Of a DNA stretch of 38,160 bases, positions 10,838 to 22,168 are shown piece after piece (the stretch's first letter is position 1; each line of letters starts with the position of its first letter). Below the pieces are notes generated by a model. It did not search any database. It worked only from the letters and a program-made list of their open reading frames with translations, and had not been told where the DNA came from. Source of the stretch: Chiloscyllium plagiosum (Eukaryota); assembly GCF_004010195.1 (NCBI RefSeq), contig NC_057749.1, positions 10,712,409-10,750,568 on the forward strand, in the 5' to 3' direction. Made by a program: the position numbers and the translations under genes.

Positions 10838-11150
10838 CACAGAATCCCTGCAGTATGGAAGCAGACCATTCCACCCATCATATCATACTGACCCTCCGAA
10901 GAGCATCCATTCACACCCAATCCTATAAATCTGCATTTCCCATGGCTAATCCACCTAGCCTATACATCCCTGGACATTATGGACAATTTCCCATGGTCAA
11001 TCCACCTCACCTGCATATCTTTGAACTGTGGGAGAAAAGCAGGACACCCAGAGGAAACCCACACAGACAACATGCAAACTCCACACCATCACCCAAGAGT
11101 GGAATCGAACCTGGGTCCCTGGCACCATGAGGCAGCACTGCCACCCATGA
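10838..11150 (-). mobile_element. V-SINE (HE1-like)
   Basis: Reverse complement of the same head, V-domain and tail motifs (caaactccacac...ggaatcgaacctgggtccctggc...gaggcagc). Confidence 0.8.
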
Positions 11151-11411
11151 ACATAGTCAGTGAGCATTTTTAAAGTGAAGGTAGGGAAGATTTTTGTTAG
11201 GCAAGGGAATCGAAGACCTGAAGGGGAAAATGATTAGAAACGAGTAATACTGAAAATGGGTATACTGTTCTTACAGGTTCTCCATTTTAATATATACAAG
11301 ACGACTCAGACAAGTCTGTCTCATTCACCAGCTTTTACTGTTTTCTCCTTTTGGGACCTTATCGGAGGTCGGGTGGCAATACGAAAGACAAACAGATTAG
11401 CCATGGAATGA

Positions 11412-11635
11412 TAGAGAGAGACAAAAAAAGCCTGCAGATGCTGAAATCCAAAGTAGACAAACAGGAGGTTGCAAGAGCCAGGCAGCATCAGGAGATGTAC
11501 AACCCTTCTTCTGCAGGAGGGTTATTCTGCTGTCAAATGAAGCCCTTAATGACAATCTCACCAGCGCCCATTGGCATCATCTGACGAAGGGGCAGCACTC
11601 CAAAAGCTGATGATTTCAAATAAACCTGGGTGACT
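11412..11635. mobile_element. Degraded Penelope pLTR fragments, one with a hammerhead remnant
   Basis: ctgcagatgctg...ggcagcatc...acccttcttc at 11430-11512 resembles the 18205 family. CTGACGA-A-GGGG-cagca-CTCC-AAAAGCT from 11581 is a hammerhead core with GAAA changed to AAAA. Confidence 0.5.
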
Positions 11636-12189
11636 TCTGAGATGACACCCTCTGGTCCCCACACCTCCCCTGTCAAGTCCCCTAAGAATCTTGAATGTTT
11701 CAGAAAGGTCACTTCTCATTCTCCTAAACACTAATGAGCATAAGCTCAACATTATGGTCAGTAATATCAGATTTTTGTGCTCTTTTTTGGCTGGATTTGC
11801 TTTTAATGGGCTTAATTCAAACCTTAAGATCATTTCCAGTTGCCTGAAAAACAGAAAATGGGATTTTCATGAAAGCTGTGAAATATGTTTCACCAAATAA
11901 ATGGACTGTCCTATTTTTCCTCTCTTTGTGCAACCTCTGGATTTGTTGAAGAGAAAAGCTCATTTCCTTTTGACACTGAAGACTTTGATCGAGTCTGGTG
12001 GGCGTCAACATTGTTTCAAAAAGATTCCGAGGTCAGGACTAAGGCCCCTCTTTCCTTAGGGTGGTTTAACTGTTCAACTTGACCCTAAGATTGACTCTGC
12101 CGTTACTGTGTATTCTGAACGCTGCCAAGGGATTGCTGCATGCAATGTGGGTTCAAGACTGGGAGCAGGTGGATTTTGAAGGGGAGGCA

Positions 12190-12525
12190 ATGGATAGAGT
12201 ATTATTGCTGGACTGTTAATTCAGAGATTCAGGTAAAGTTCTAAGGATCTGGGTTCAAATCCTGCCACAGCAGATGGTGGAATCTGAATTCAATGGAATT
12301 CTGTAAGTAAGAGTTTAATGAGAACCATAAATTGATTGCTGGGAAAAAAAAATCTGGTTCACTAAATGTCCTTTAGGGAAAGAAACTGCTTCCTTATCTA
12401 CTTGGCCTACATGTGACTCCAGACCCACAGTAATTTGGTTGACTCCTAACTGCCCTCTGGGTAATTAGGGATGGGCAATAAATGCTGACCCAGCCAGCGA
12501 CACCCTCATCCTATGAATAAAAAAG
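12190..12525 (+). mobile_element. Shark SINE, family B
   Basis: Same head, core and tail as the 8195 copy; tail gtaattagggatgggcaataaatgctgacccagccagcgac. Confidence 0.82.
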
Positions 12526-13237
12526 AAACAATATTGGAGGTTGTTTCAAAGGGTGAGAGTGAACAGCTGTAATTAATGCACCCTTGAGATTGTTAAGGGG
12601 CCTCTCAGTTCCCAAGTACAATGTTCAATTCATTTTCCCATGAGCCCAAGCAGAGTGTGCATGCCAGCACATAGTTCTCTACAACTACCATCTATTGTAT
12701 ATGGACTTCAGGCCAATACCACATAGAAGTCTAAACATAAATGGACTGTCCTTTTCCGCGCTCTCTCTGGATGGGCATCCTCTGGAGTTACTGAAGAGGA
12801 ATGATCATTTTCCTGCAACCATTTTCCAGTGATCATTTCGCTAGAGCAACTGTACGATGATATCATGGAGCTGCTTCCCACAGGGCATAAATAGCACAGT
12901 GTGGGCAGAGTTAATTACACAGAAAGTAGTGGATTAAAGATGGAACATCATCATGGCTCAGGGGATCAGCCACTTTACAATGTAAGATCAGATACTGGAA
13001 TCTTTCAGATTACTGTATATAGTTGTACATAATAGTAACATAAAATAAATAGAGTTCCACACAAACCTAAACCTGCCTTGTTTTCAATCAATCTGTCCTG
13101 AACATAAACTCTCAGAAGCCTTATAACAAAAAGATTCTTGAAAGAAATCTGTGGGTACTAATTCGCCACTAATGTGATTGCTCAAACTGACCCTGTCATA
13201 CAAAGTCACTGACCATCGCCCTCCATCTCCAAAAAGG

Positions 13238-13251
13238 CTGCCACCTACTGG
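13238..13251 (-). promoter_or_regulatory. CTCF consensus site
   Basis: Minus strand CCAGTAGGTGGCAG matches CCASYAGRKGGCRS at all positions. A second partial site (CACCAGGAGGCAG) lies about 25 bp away. Confidence 0.5.
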
Positions 13252-14014
13252 CACCAGGCAGCTCCTGCCTCCTGGTGATGCTCTTGGTACCTCTGATTGG
13301 TTTTACACATGTATATGAGAACATACTGATTGATTTTTCTCAGAGAAATTCAGAGTTGACAGTAGTTTCTAAGTGGACAACTGATTTCATTTACAAAGCT
13401 TTTAAAACATCACTGCAATCACAAAACGTGTGCTTTTATGTTTATCCCAGTCCTAGATTTTCAGCAACTTCTGTTGCCTAGTCTCTGAGTGTACGGTCAG
13501 ACGTAACCAATCAGGTTCAGTGAGTATCAGTTGTAAACAGACTCACATAATCAAACACAGAATAACTGAACACAATGCTGATCTTGCCTCATAGCCAATG
13601 AGGCCATTTGTACCCAGGCGTTGTGTAGCGAGAGTGACACAGCTTGGTACTCTTGCCTCTCATCTCCCTCCTTAAGGTACAATCCCAGGCATCACAACGT
13701 GTACTCCCTGCTACACATAACCTGGGAACATTTAATGCTGATACTGATTGGAAGGAGCAAAAGTTGCAATTAGCCTACACTGACATTCATCACGTTAATG
13801 AACTCAAAAGCCTCAAAAGAATAAAAACAATCAGAGCACAAGGCTGATTTGCATAACTTATACTCGACCTTTCACAGGCAGCTCAGAAATGGACAGCTGC
13901 CAAAACCCATGTCACTCATAGCTCTGAACATCGGGCAGAAAAAGGTCATCTCCAGTCAGTCCATAACAAGGATTGAGACAAAACTGTACAAGAACAAGCA
14001 AGAACGATTTAGAG

Positions 14015-14360
14015 GAGGCGATGGCACAGCGACATTATCTCAACATTGTTACTCCAGAGAGCAAGGTCATCATCTGGGGACCTGGGTTTGATCCTGCAAC
14101 AGCAGATGATGGAATTTGCATTCAATTTTTTAAAATCTGGAATTAAGGCTCTCATGATGACTGTTGCTAATTGTTGGAAAAACCAATCTGTCCTTTAAAA
14201 AAGGAAAGTACCATCCTTACCTGGTCTGGCCTACATGTGACTCCAGACCCAAAGCAATGTGGTTGACTCTTAACTGCCCTCTGGGTAATAAATATCATGA
14301 GTAATAAATGCTGGCTTAGCTGGCAATGTCCATATCCCGTGAATGAACTTGAAAAAACAA
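14015..14360 (+). mobile_element. Shark SINE, family B
   Basis: ccttacctggtctggcctacatgtgactccagaccc...gttgactcttaactgccctctggg core plus tail. Confidence 0.8.
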
Positions 14361-15507
14361 CCTAAATTAGTTAAATTACCCATGAACAGAATTTGTTGTT
14401 CTGTGCCCTTTCCCTGGCGCCTTTGTGTAACTATTCTGCCACAGGCTAGTCCAGTAGCTTGTGGTCACATGACAATCGATGCTAAAATGTCAAAGTCACA
14501 TGTTCACACACTGAAGTCACGCTCCCAGGCTGCTGTCGATGCCTGACACAGCCTTAACAGCACTAACCCAGGACAACAGGTGTGTTCGTGCTTCCTCCAA
14601 CTGGGAGCTAAGGAGGGAAACAGGTTAGAAATTCCCCCAGTATTGGCTTGATCCACAGCCACCATTCCCTGGCAAAGTGGTAGAGGCAAGTTCAACTGAG
14701 GTGTGCAAGAAGGCATTGGATGACTATTTGGATAGAAGTGGTGTACAGGGATATGGGGAGTAGGGGATAGAATGGATGCAAGTACAAGGGGCAGAATGTG
14801 CTATAATAATTCTGTGATTCTCGACCACCCAGAAGGACGAAGGCAGCAGCTGCATGGGAATGCCACCAACTGCAAGTGCCCCTGCTAGGGCGTCCTCATC
14901 AGAGCGACACTGGCCATTCAGCCTTTGTGCCTGGGTCAAAATCCTTAACCTTGCTCCCCAGTGGTACTGACCCAACTGCACCCAGGCTCACCACCACCTT
15001 CTCCAGGCCAATGGGGAATAGGCCATATATGGTGACCTGGTCAGTGACAGCCACGTCCTGCGAACACATCGGTGGGTGTTTTTTTCAAATCAAAAGTGCA
15101 AGTCAAAATTCAAAAAGAGCTGACAAAGAAGAACACTTCACGTCAGAAGTGCGCAGATTGAGCAGATGATGGGCACGAGTCACCTGCGTGCTCCGTGGTA
15201 CCCACAGATGCCAGTCAATGGTGGTGAGCAGGAGGGAGAAGGGAAAACAATAATCAACTCATTGTCAGGCGCAGCCATGCCGAAACACCAGAATTAAGCA
15301 ACAGCTGGTCCTACCCGGGGAGGAGAGGATCAGCTGAGATTAGCAGGCTGACTTGGTGACTGAAATGTAGCCACACGTAAACAACTCAACTCTCTCTCTA
15401 CTCATGTGTGAGTTCAGCTCAATCCATGGGCCAGGTGCTGAGCACAGACTGCTATTTATACCATATTTCCCTGTGTTTTGTATTATCCCATTACCAATGT
15501 GGGTCAG

Positions 15508-15766
15508 TGCACACATACACAAACACACACACATATGCACACATAGCCACATGCATACTTGTGCACTGACACACATACACACACATGTCCTGACACATAC
15601 ACACACACACACACATACATACGCATACAGACACGCACATACACACAAGCGCGTGTATACATGTGCACTGACACACATATACACACACATGTCCTGACAC
15701 ACACAGACATGCATACGCATGCACTGATACATACATGTAGACATGCATGCGCACAGACACACACAG
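15508..15766. repeat. Degenerate (CA)n/(CATA)n microsatellite with higher-order units
   Basis: Alternating purine-pyrimidine tract with recurring blocks tgcactgacacacat and acatgtcctgacaca. It generates the spurious Cys/Val- and His/Thr-rich ORFs. Confidence 0.95.
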
Positions 15767-17611
15767 GATGAAAGTTCAGTTTCTGTAACTGACATAAAGA
15801 TTTTCACACTGTTCCCATTCACATAGTGCAATTATTGCCTTGAATTGATTGCTGTGAGCTCCATCTCTTTCCCTACAAAGACAATCACATCACGCTATTT
15901 CAGCCAGAGGTGGTTGGCCACTCAATGTACCCAATTAAATTGGACAAAACCCAGAGGAAAGGAAGGGTCCCAGATTCAATACAGTGCCCAGTACTAGCTG
16001 CTGTCAGTAAAATGGGCACTGTAGCCAATCTCAGATGATGAGGACATGTTCCTATCCTTCATGATTCCCTGACTTTTCCATTATGCTCCCCATTTTAAAA
16101 GAAAATGAAGTAAAGGCAGCCCCCAGGTTGGCAAAGGTGTTCCTGAGTCCATGTGAGTGTCAATTAGTACACAAGTCCATTTGTATTCAAGTCAATTTGT
16201 ACACAAATCAGAACACAATGGAGGATAAGGTAAAGGAGCCATTTGTAAGTACAGGAAATGTTTATATTTTGGATCTATAAAATTACACCCCTCTGTGGGA
16301 TCTCATCCGTAAACTGGACATTTATAAATAGGAGACACCCTGTACTTTCATTTGAATCCACACATCCCAAACTTCACAAGGGACCTGTTTGTACTTTAAT
16401 GCTGTTCAGAGAAGATTCAGGTAGCTGATTCCTGGGTTTGCCTTAGGAGGAGAGGTTGAGCAGGTCGTCACCTTTACTCATTGGTATTTAGAAGTGACTT
16501 TATTGAAATGTGAGATTCTGAGGGGTTTGACAGGGTGGATGCTGGAAGGAAGTTTCCTCTTGTGAGGGGATCTCCCACCAGTGGGAGCAGTTTCGCAAAC
16601 TTGTGTCTCCCATTTCAGACAGCAATGAGGAAGAACTTTTTTTCTCTCAGCTGATGGTTAGTGTTTTTGATTCTCTTTCTCAGAGAGCAGTGCAGGCTGG
16701 GTTATTAAATATATTTGATTTTTGATTGACAAGTGAGTCGAGACATATGGCAGGGAAAGGGGAAAGGATGTTGGAATGCTGGGAATAATAGACAATCAAT
16801 CAGTCAGTCAGCCCTTGTCAAAGAGGAAGGAAGATGTAAATCTCTCTCTCTCTCGCTCTTGTCCAGATTCCAACAGAGTTGCTGTGCAGTTCCAGCATCT
16901 TCTGACCAAAAGCAAAGTGCCATTTGACAACCATGGCCGACAGGTTTCTGAGACTGGAGAATGCTGTTTACCTCACAACACAGCACACAGATTCCACGAG
17001 CTGACCTTTCATGAGCTTTGTGACTTTAATATTCTCCAGCGTGGAAGAACTGTGGTACGGCCAGTGTCAGAATTGAGCAGTTACGAGTAATTTGGCTCCC
17101 CCACCCCCCACCCCCCATCTCAATAACCATGCTGTGCACATAACAGCAGTCGCATCCCTGTTTCGCTCTGACAGTCATTAAATCCGAGACAGAATGATTT
17201 TGTCATTGAGCAGCCTATAATCACACTGCCAGCTTCACCTATGCTCCCCTCATAATTAGCCGTCAGAACACAAAACCTCCTTTCCTCTTCACAAATCGGA
17301 GTATTTTCAGATGAATAAATGTCTTTAGCTGCAATCAGTTGTCGGGCACTAAGTGCTCCCATCATGTTCTGCCGACAGTTGCATAATGCGCTGATTATGA
17401 AGGGAATACGCTGGTGTGATGCTCCCTCCCAACCCCCCCCACCCCGCCCCACACTACCACCACCAAGCCCAAAACTGCCGAATTAAACACCGTCTGTCTC
17501 AGAAGAGAGTAAACCTAACTCTCCCCAAAGCCAGTACCGCAGAAGTCTTACGGCGCATTGTTAGAGGCCACCTGGCCCATCATGCCTGTACTGGCTCTCT
17601 GAATGAACATC

Positions 17612-17960
17612 AGTGAGGGGCATAGATAGGAGTGAAGAGCCAAGGTCTTTACCCCAGGGTAAGGAAGTCCAAAACTAGAAACCTGAGGTTTAAGGTGAGA
17701 GGGGAAAGATATAAAAGGGACCTAAGGGACAACTTTTTCACGCAGAGGGTGGTGTGTGTATGGAATGAGCTGCCAGAGGAAATGGCGGAGGCTGGACATT
17801 TACAACATTTAAAAGGCATCTGGATGGGTATATGAATAGGAAGGGTTTAGAAGGATATGGGCCAAGTGCTGGAAAATGGGACTGGATTAGGTTAGGATAT
17901 CTGGTTGGCATGGACGTGTTGGAGCAAAGGGTCTGTTTCTATGCTGTACATCTCTCTGAC
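17612..17960 (+). mobile_element. CR1 LINE 3' end fragment
   Basis: ORF 17632..17835 KTRNLRFKVRGERYKRDLRDNFFTQRVVCVWNELPEE is the CR1 ORF2 C-terminus, followed by the 3' UTR. Confidence 0.9.
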
Positions 17961-18204
17961 TCAGTGCCTGTGCCAATCTCTCGCTTTTCCCCCTGAACCA
18001 CATAATCATTCAAAGCACAAGCCAGATATGGCACTGTGGAAGGTCAGACCTGTGACTCCAAGCCACAAATTTGGTTTCAATTCCCATCTCCCGACACTCG
18101 TGCACAATGTCTAGGTTGACAGGATGAATCTGTTCGGATTATATTCGCTGGAGTTCAGAATGAGGGCGATCTCGTAGGAACTCATAAACTTCTGACAAGA
18201 CTGG

Positions 18205-18488
18205 GAGAAAGTGAGGACTGCAGATGCTGGCGATCAGAGCAGAAAAATGTGTTGCTGGAAAAGCGCAGCAGGTCAGGCAGCATCCAAGGAGCAGGAGAAT
18301 TGATGTTTCGGACATAAGCCCTTCTTCAGGAATGAGGAAGGTGTGCCAAGCAGGCTAAGATAAAAGGTAGGGAGGAGGGACTTGGGGAAGGGGTGTTGGG
18401 AATGCGATAGGTGGAAGGAGGTTAAGGTGAGGGTGATAGGCCGGAGAGGGGGTGGGGGCGGAGAGGTCGGGAAGAAGATTGCAGGTCA
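18205..18488 (-). mobile_element. Penelope-like element 3' end/pLTR (second family) with hammerhead motif
   Basis: Minus strand cattcCTGAAGAagggcttatgtccGAAACatcaattctcc at about 18294-18334. Same sequence family as 7758 and 27515. Runs into the assembly gap. Confidence 0.8.
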
Positions 18489-18970
18489 NNNNNNNNNNNN
18501 NNNNNNNNNNNNNNNNNNNNNNNNNNNNNNNNNNNNNNNNNNNNNNNNNNNNNNNNNNNNNNNNNNNNNNNNNNNNNNNNNNNNNNNNNNNNNNNNNNNN
18601 NNNNNNNNNNNNNNNNNNNNNNNNNNNNNNNNNNNNNNNNNNNNNNNNNNNNNNNNNNNNNNNNNNNNNNNNNNNNNNNNNNNNNNNNNNNNNNNNNNNN
18701 NNNNNNNNNNNNNNNNNNNNNNNNNNNNNNNNNNNNNNNNNNNNNNNNNNNNNNNNNNNNNNNNNNNNNNNNNNNNNNNNNNNNNNNNNNNNNNNNNNNN
18801 NNNNNNNNNNNNNNNNNNNNNNNNNNNNNNNNNNNNNNNNNNNNNNNNNNNNNNNNNNNNNNNNNNNNNNNNNNNNNNNNNNNNNNNNNNNNNNNNNNNN
18901 NNNNNNNNNNNNNNNNNNNNNNNNNNNNNNNNNNNNNNNNNNNNNNNNNNNNNNNNNNNNNNNNNNNNNN
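18489..18970. other. Assembly gap (482 N)
   Basis: Run of N. Confidence 1.
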
Positions 18971-19200
18971 ATTCCTTCGTCTCCACCGCATCTGCTCCCA
19001 GGAGGACCAATTCCAATACCGAACAACCCAGATGGCCTCCTTCTTCAAAGACCACAATTTCCCCTCAGACGTGGTTGACGATGCTCTCCACTGCATCTCC
19101 TCCACTTCCCACTCCTCCGCCCTTGAATCCCTCCCCTCCAATCGCCATCAGGACAGAATCCTACTTGCCCTCACCTACCACCCCACCAACCTCCAGATAC
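18971..19200 (+). mobile_element. Penelope-like RT C-terminal fragment (second family)
   Basis: Translates as FLRLHRICSQEDQFQYRTTQMASFFKDHNFPSDVVDDAL...LALTYHPTNLQI, the RL.RICS / F...YP / LTYHP pattern of Penelope RT thumb and linker. Confidence 0.82.
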
Positions 19201-19548
19201 TGTGGTTCTGTTCGCCGAGCTGGAAGTTTTTGTTGCAAATGTTTCGTCCCCTGTCTAGGTGACATCATCAGTGCTTGGGAGTCTCCTGTGAAGCGCTTCT
19301 GTGGTGTTTCCTTCGGCATTTATAGTGGCCTGTCCCTGCCACTTCCGGTTGTCAGTTTTAGCTGTCCGCTGTAGTGGCCGGTATATTGGGTCCAGGTCTA
19401 TGTGTTTGTTGATGGAGTTTGTGGATGAGTGCCATGCTTCTAGGAATTCCCTGGCTGTTCTTTGTTTCGCTTGCCCTATAATGGTAGTGTTGTCCCAGTC
19501 AAATTCATGTTGCTTGTCGTCTGCGTGTGTGGCTACTAGGGATAGCTG
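19201..19548 (-). mobile_element. Penelope-like element 3' fragment, same family as 1112-2030
   Basis: Reverse complement is near-collinear with about 1642-1990 (AREFLEAWHS coding part and pLTR). Hammerhead motif CTGATGA...GAAACATT at about 19237-19271. Confidence 0.92.
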
Positions 19549-19567
19549 GACGTGTCATTTCATGGCT

Positions 19568-19872
19568 AGTTATAGAGGTTTATAAAATCATGAGAGGCAT
19601 GGATAAGGTGAATAGCAAAGGTCTCTTCCTTAAGGTCGGCAAGTTCAAAACTAGGGGGCATATTTTTAAGGAGAGAGGAGAAAGATTTAAAAAGGACATG
19701 AGAGGCAACTTTTTAACACAGAGAGTGGCTTGCATGTGGAATGAACTGCCAGAGGAAGTGATGGATGCAGGTACAGTTACAATGTTTAAAAGACTTTTTA
19801 GTTTAGTGTGAAATTATGTTTGGCATGAACTGGTTGGATGGAAGGGTCTGCTTCCATGCTGTATGGCTATAT
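19568..19872 (+). mobile_element. CR1 LINE 3' end fragment
   Basis: IEVYKIMRGMDKVNSKGLF...KTRGHIFK...FLTQRVACMWNELPEEV in ORF 19527..19811. Confidence 0.9.
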
Positions 19873-19989
19873 GGTTGATTAGTGTTCTTTAGGGAAGAAA
19901 ATCTATCATCTAACCTAGTTTGGCCTACATGTGACTCCAGATCCACAGCCATGGGGTTTACTCTTACCTTTCCTTAAAAGCCCTGAACG

Positions 19990-20748
19990 TTATTTTGAAA
20001 ATAGGCTTTGCAAGATGTCACATGTTTTCAGCTAAATAATGAGAAAGCTACCATAGGAGATAATTGCTAAGGCGTTTGCCAACTTGAGCTTTATGACCAT
20101 CAGAGAGAGAGAGAGAGAGACAGATGAACAGAAATGGTTCATGTGAGGGAGAGTTGCCCATCGTAGCAGCAGGGCTGTTATTAGTAGTCTCCAAGCATCA
20201 GGAGAGATCCTGCGATGCTTAGAGGTCATGAGAAGAATGCACCAGGAGGCTATGGGATATTACAGAGGAACGTATCTTAATGGCTATGGAAGACATGAAC
20301 TGAGAGAACCCATGTTAATTAATTAGTGAGCTGAGTTAGCAGCTTGTTTTTTAGGGTCATGTGAGAGACATTAACTGAAGAAAATAGTATCGAGTGATAC
20401 TACAGCCCATGCCAACTGAACAAGAAGCTTTCAAGTGGAAATAGGGGTGATTCTTCACTGAGGTTTAAGTATCTGTAAGAATATTATCAGGAAAAAAAGG
20501 ATGAACCTTTCTTTCTGATTGTAATAAGATTGTTCCAACAGTTCTTGCAGAGTGTAATGCAGTCCGTGTTTCTCTTTTATGTGTAATAAACTTTTATGTT
20601 CTTTTGCTAAAAGTACATTGGCAGCCTCTTGTAAATATATTCAGTGACTAATAACTATAATTAAAAGAAAGAAAACTTATGGTTTATCAAGTGAGGACTG
20701 AACTTGGGATTGTTCTGTTCCAATACTACCAACAGCTGGGATTGCAAC
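19990..20748 (+). mobile_element. Possible degraded solo LTR
   Basis: About 750 bp of non-coding sequence with a (GA)n tract, AATAAA at 20585-20590 and a 3' end (...caacagctgggattgcaac) resembling shark LTR termini from memory. No TSD was identified. Confidence 0.3.
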
Positions 20749-20807
20749 TCCTTGAGTTCATTTACTCCTGAATGTTGACATTCCACCCAAGAGGATTTTC
20801 CATCTTT

Positions 20808-21205
20808 TAAAACAATCCTTGGGATCTGAGCAACGCCTACAATGCCAGTATTTATAGCCCCTCCCTAACTGCTTTTGAGAAGTTGGCAGGCAAAGATCAT
20901 GGATTTGTCACTGAAATAGGCTTCTGCAGTATATCTTGTAGATGGTACACACAACCACTAGGAGCAGCAGAAAGAGCAAATGTTTGTGGGTGTGGTGCCA
21001 ATCAAACAGCTGCTTTGTCCTGGATGGTGTTGAGCTTCTTGAGTGTTATTGGAGCTGCACCCATCCAGACAAGTGGGGAGTATTCCGTCACACCCCTGAC
21101 TCATACCTTGTCAATGGTGAACACGCTTTGGGAAGTCAGGAGAGGAGTTGCTGACTTCAGAATTTCTAACCTCTGGCTTGCTGTCAGTGCCACAGTATTT
21201 AAAAC
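20808..21205 (-). mobile_element. Degraded non-LTR LINE (CR1/L2 group, distinct family): RT C-terminus plus 3' tail
   Basis: Minus strand reads TIDKV*VRGVTEYSPLVWMGAAPITLKKLNTIQDKAAV. The tail cagttagggaggggctataaatactggc resembles the family-B SINE tail. Confidence 0.7.
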
Positions 21206-21944
21206 ACTGAGACTGTTCCTGGCATCAAGGATATCCAACATTGCCTGGCATCTGGAAATCCATCTGGGTAGGTTTGAGGGTTTGACAGTGAAATATCTGA
21301 TGGTTCCTTCTAACTGCTGTGTGAGAAGCACACCTTACTGAGTATTTCTTCTCTAAGTGATTCAATGCAAGTTCCCCATGAACAGTCAATAACTGCACAG
21401 CATGTTCTTTTTATGAGCTGGCTATTCAATAGTCTGTCTAAAATGACAACTGGAGACACTGTACAAATGGTGAAAAGCTACCATTTTCCTGCACAACCCT
21501 TTATTCATCAGGCTTTCAATTTAAATGTCAGGACATAGTTATATGTTCACTCTCATTCCTCAGAACATAATATCTCCAGCCTGCACTTTCCCATTCACTG
21601 CCTTTAACATGCTGGGCCAGAATAGCAACTGATCAACACTTCTTTGCCATTTAAATGGCTGGTTGGGACACGTCACCCAGAGCATCAATTAATAGCATGC
21701 TACATCCTGAGGAATGCCCAAGTTCACTTGGGAATGAGGCAAGAGAAAATATTTGTAAATGATGGTTCAGTTAGAGCTTTAATCCCAGAACATGGATTTG
21801 GATGGGTAACAAAAAGATAGAGTGAATTTGCATTTGAAGAGAGTCCTTCTCAAAATCAGCATACCCCAAAGGTCTTCACAGCCAGTGAGATGCTTTCTGG
21901 AGTGTTGTCCTGGTCGAAATATCATGTCCTGAATAACACTAGCC

Positions 21945-22168
21945 TCCAAGTCACACCATCGTGGTTTGAAACCACTCAATTGTTCCTTCAGTGTGACCGG
22001 TCAAAGTCCTGGAGCTCCCTCCCTAACAGCACTGGGAATCTTCCGATCAAATAGACTACTGTGGTTCAAAAAGCTCGCTCATCATCACCTTCTCTGGGAA
22101 ATTTGGAATGGGCAATATATGTTGGCAGAGCCAGCGATGCCCAAATGGCATGAATGAATAGAAAGAAA
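21945..22168 (+). mobile_element. 3' end of the same LINE family as 20808-21205
   Basis: tcctggagctccctccctaacagcactg...ggttcaaaaagctcgctcatcatcaccttctc...atgggcaatatatgttggc...agccagcgatgccca...catgaatgaata. A further degraded copy lies at about 14820-15070. Confidence 0.65.

Noticed and set aside
15340..15831. Several long Cys/Val- or His/Thr-rich ORFs
   Set aside because: They are translations of the (CA)n/(TG)n microsatellite.
18355..19374. ORFs of 189-330 aa
   Set aside because: Their length comes from reading through the N gap; the flanks are Penelope fragments.
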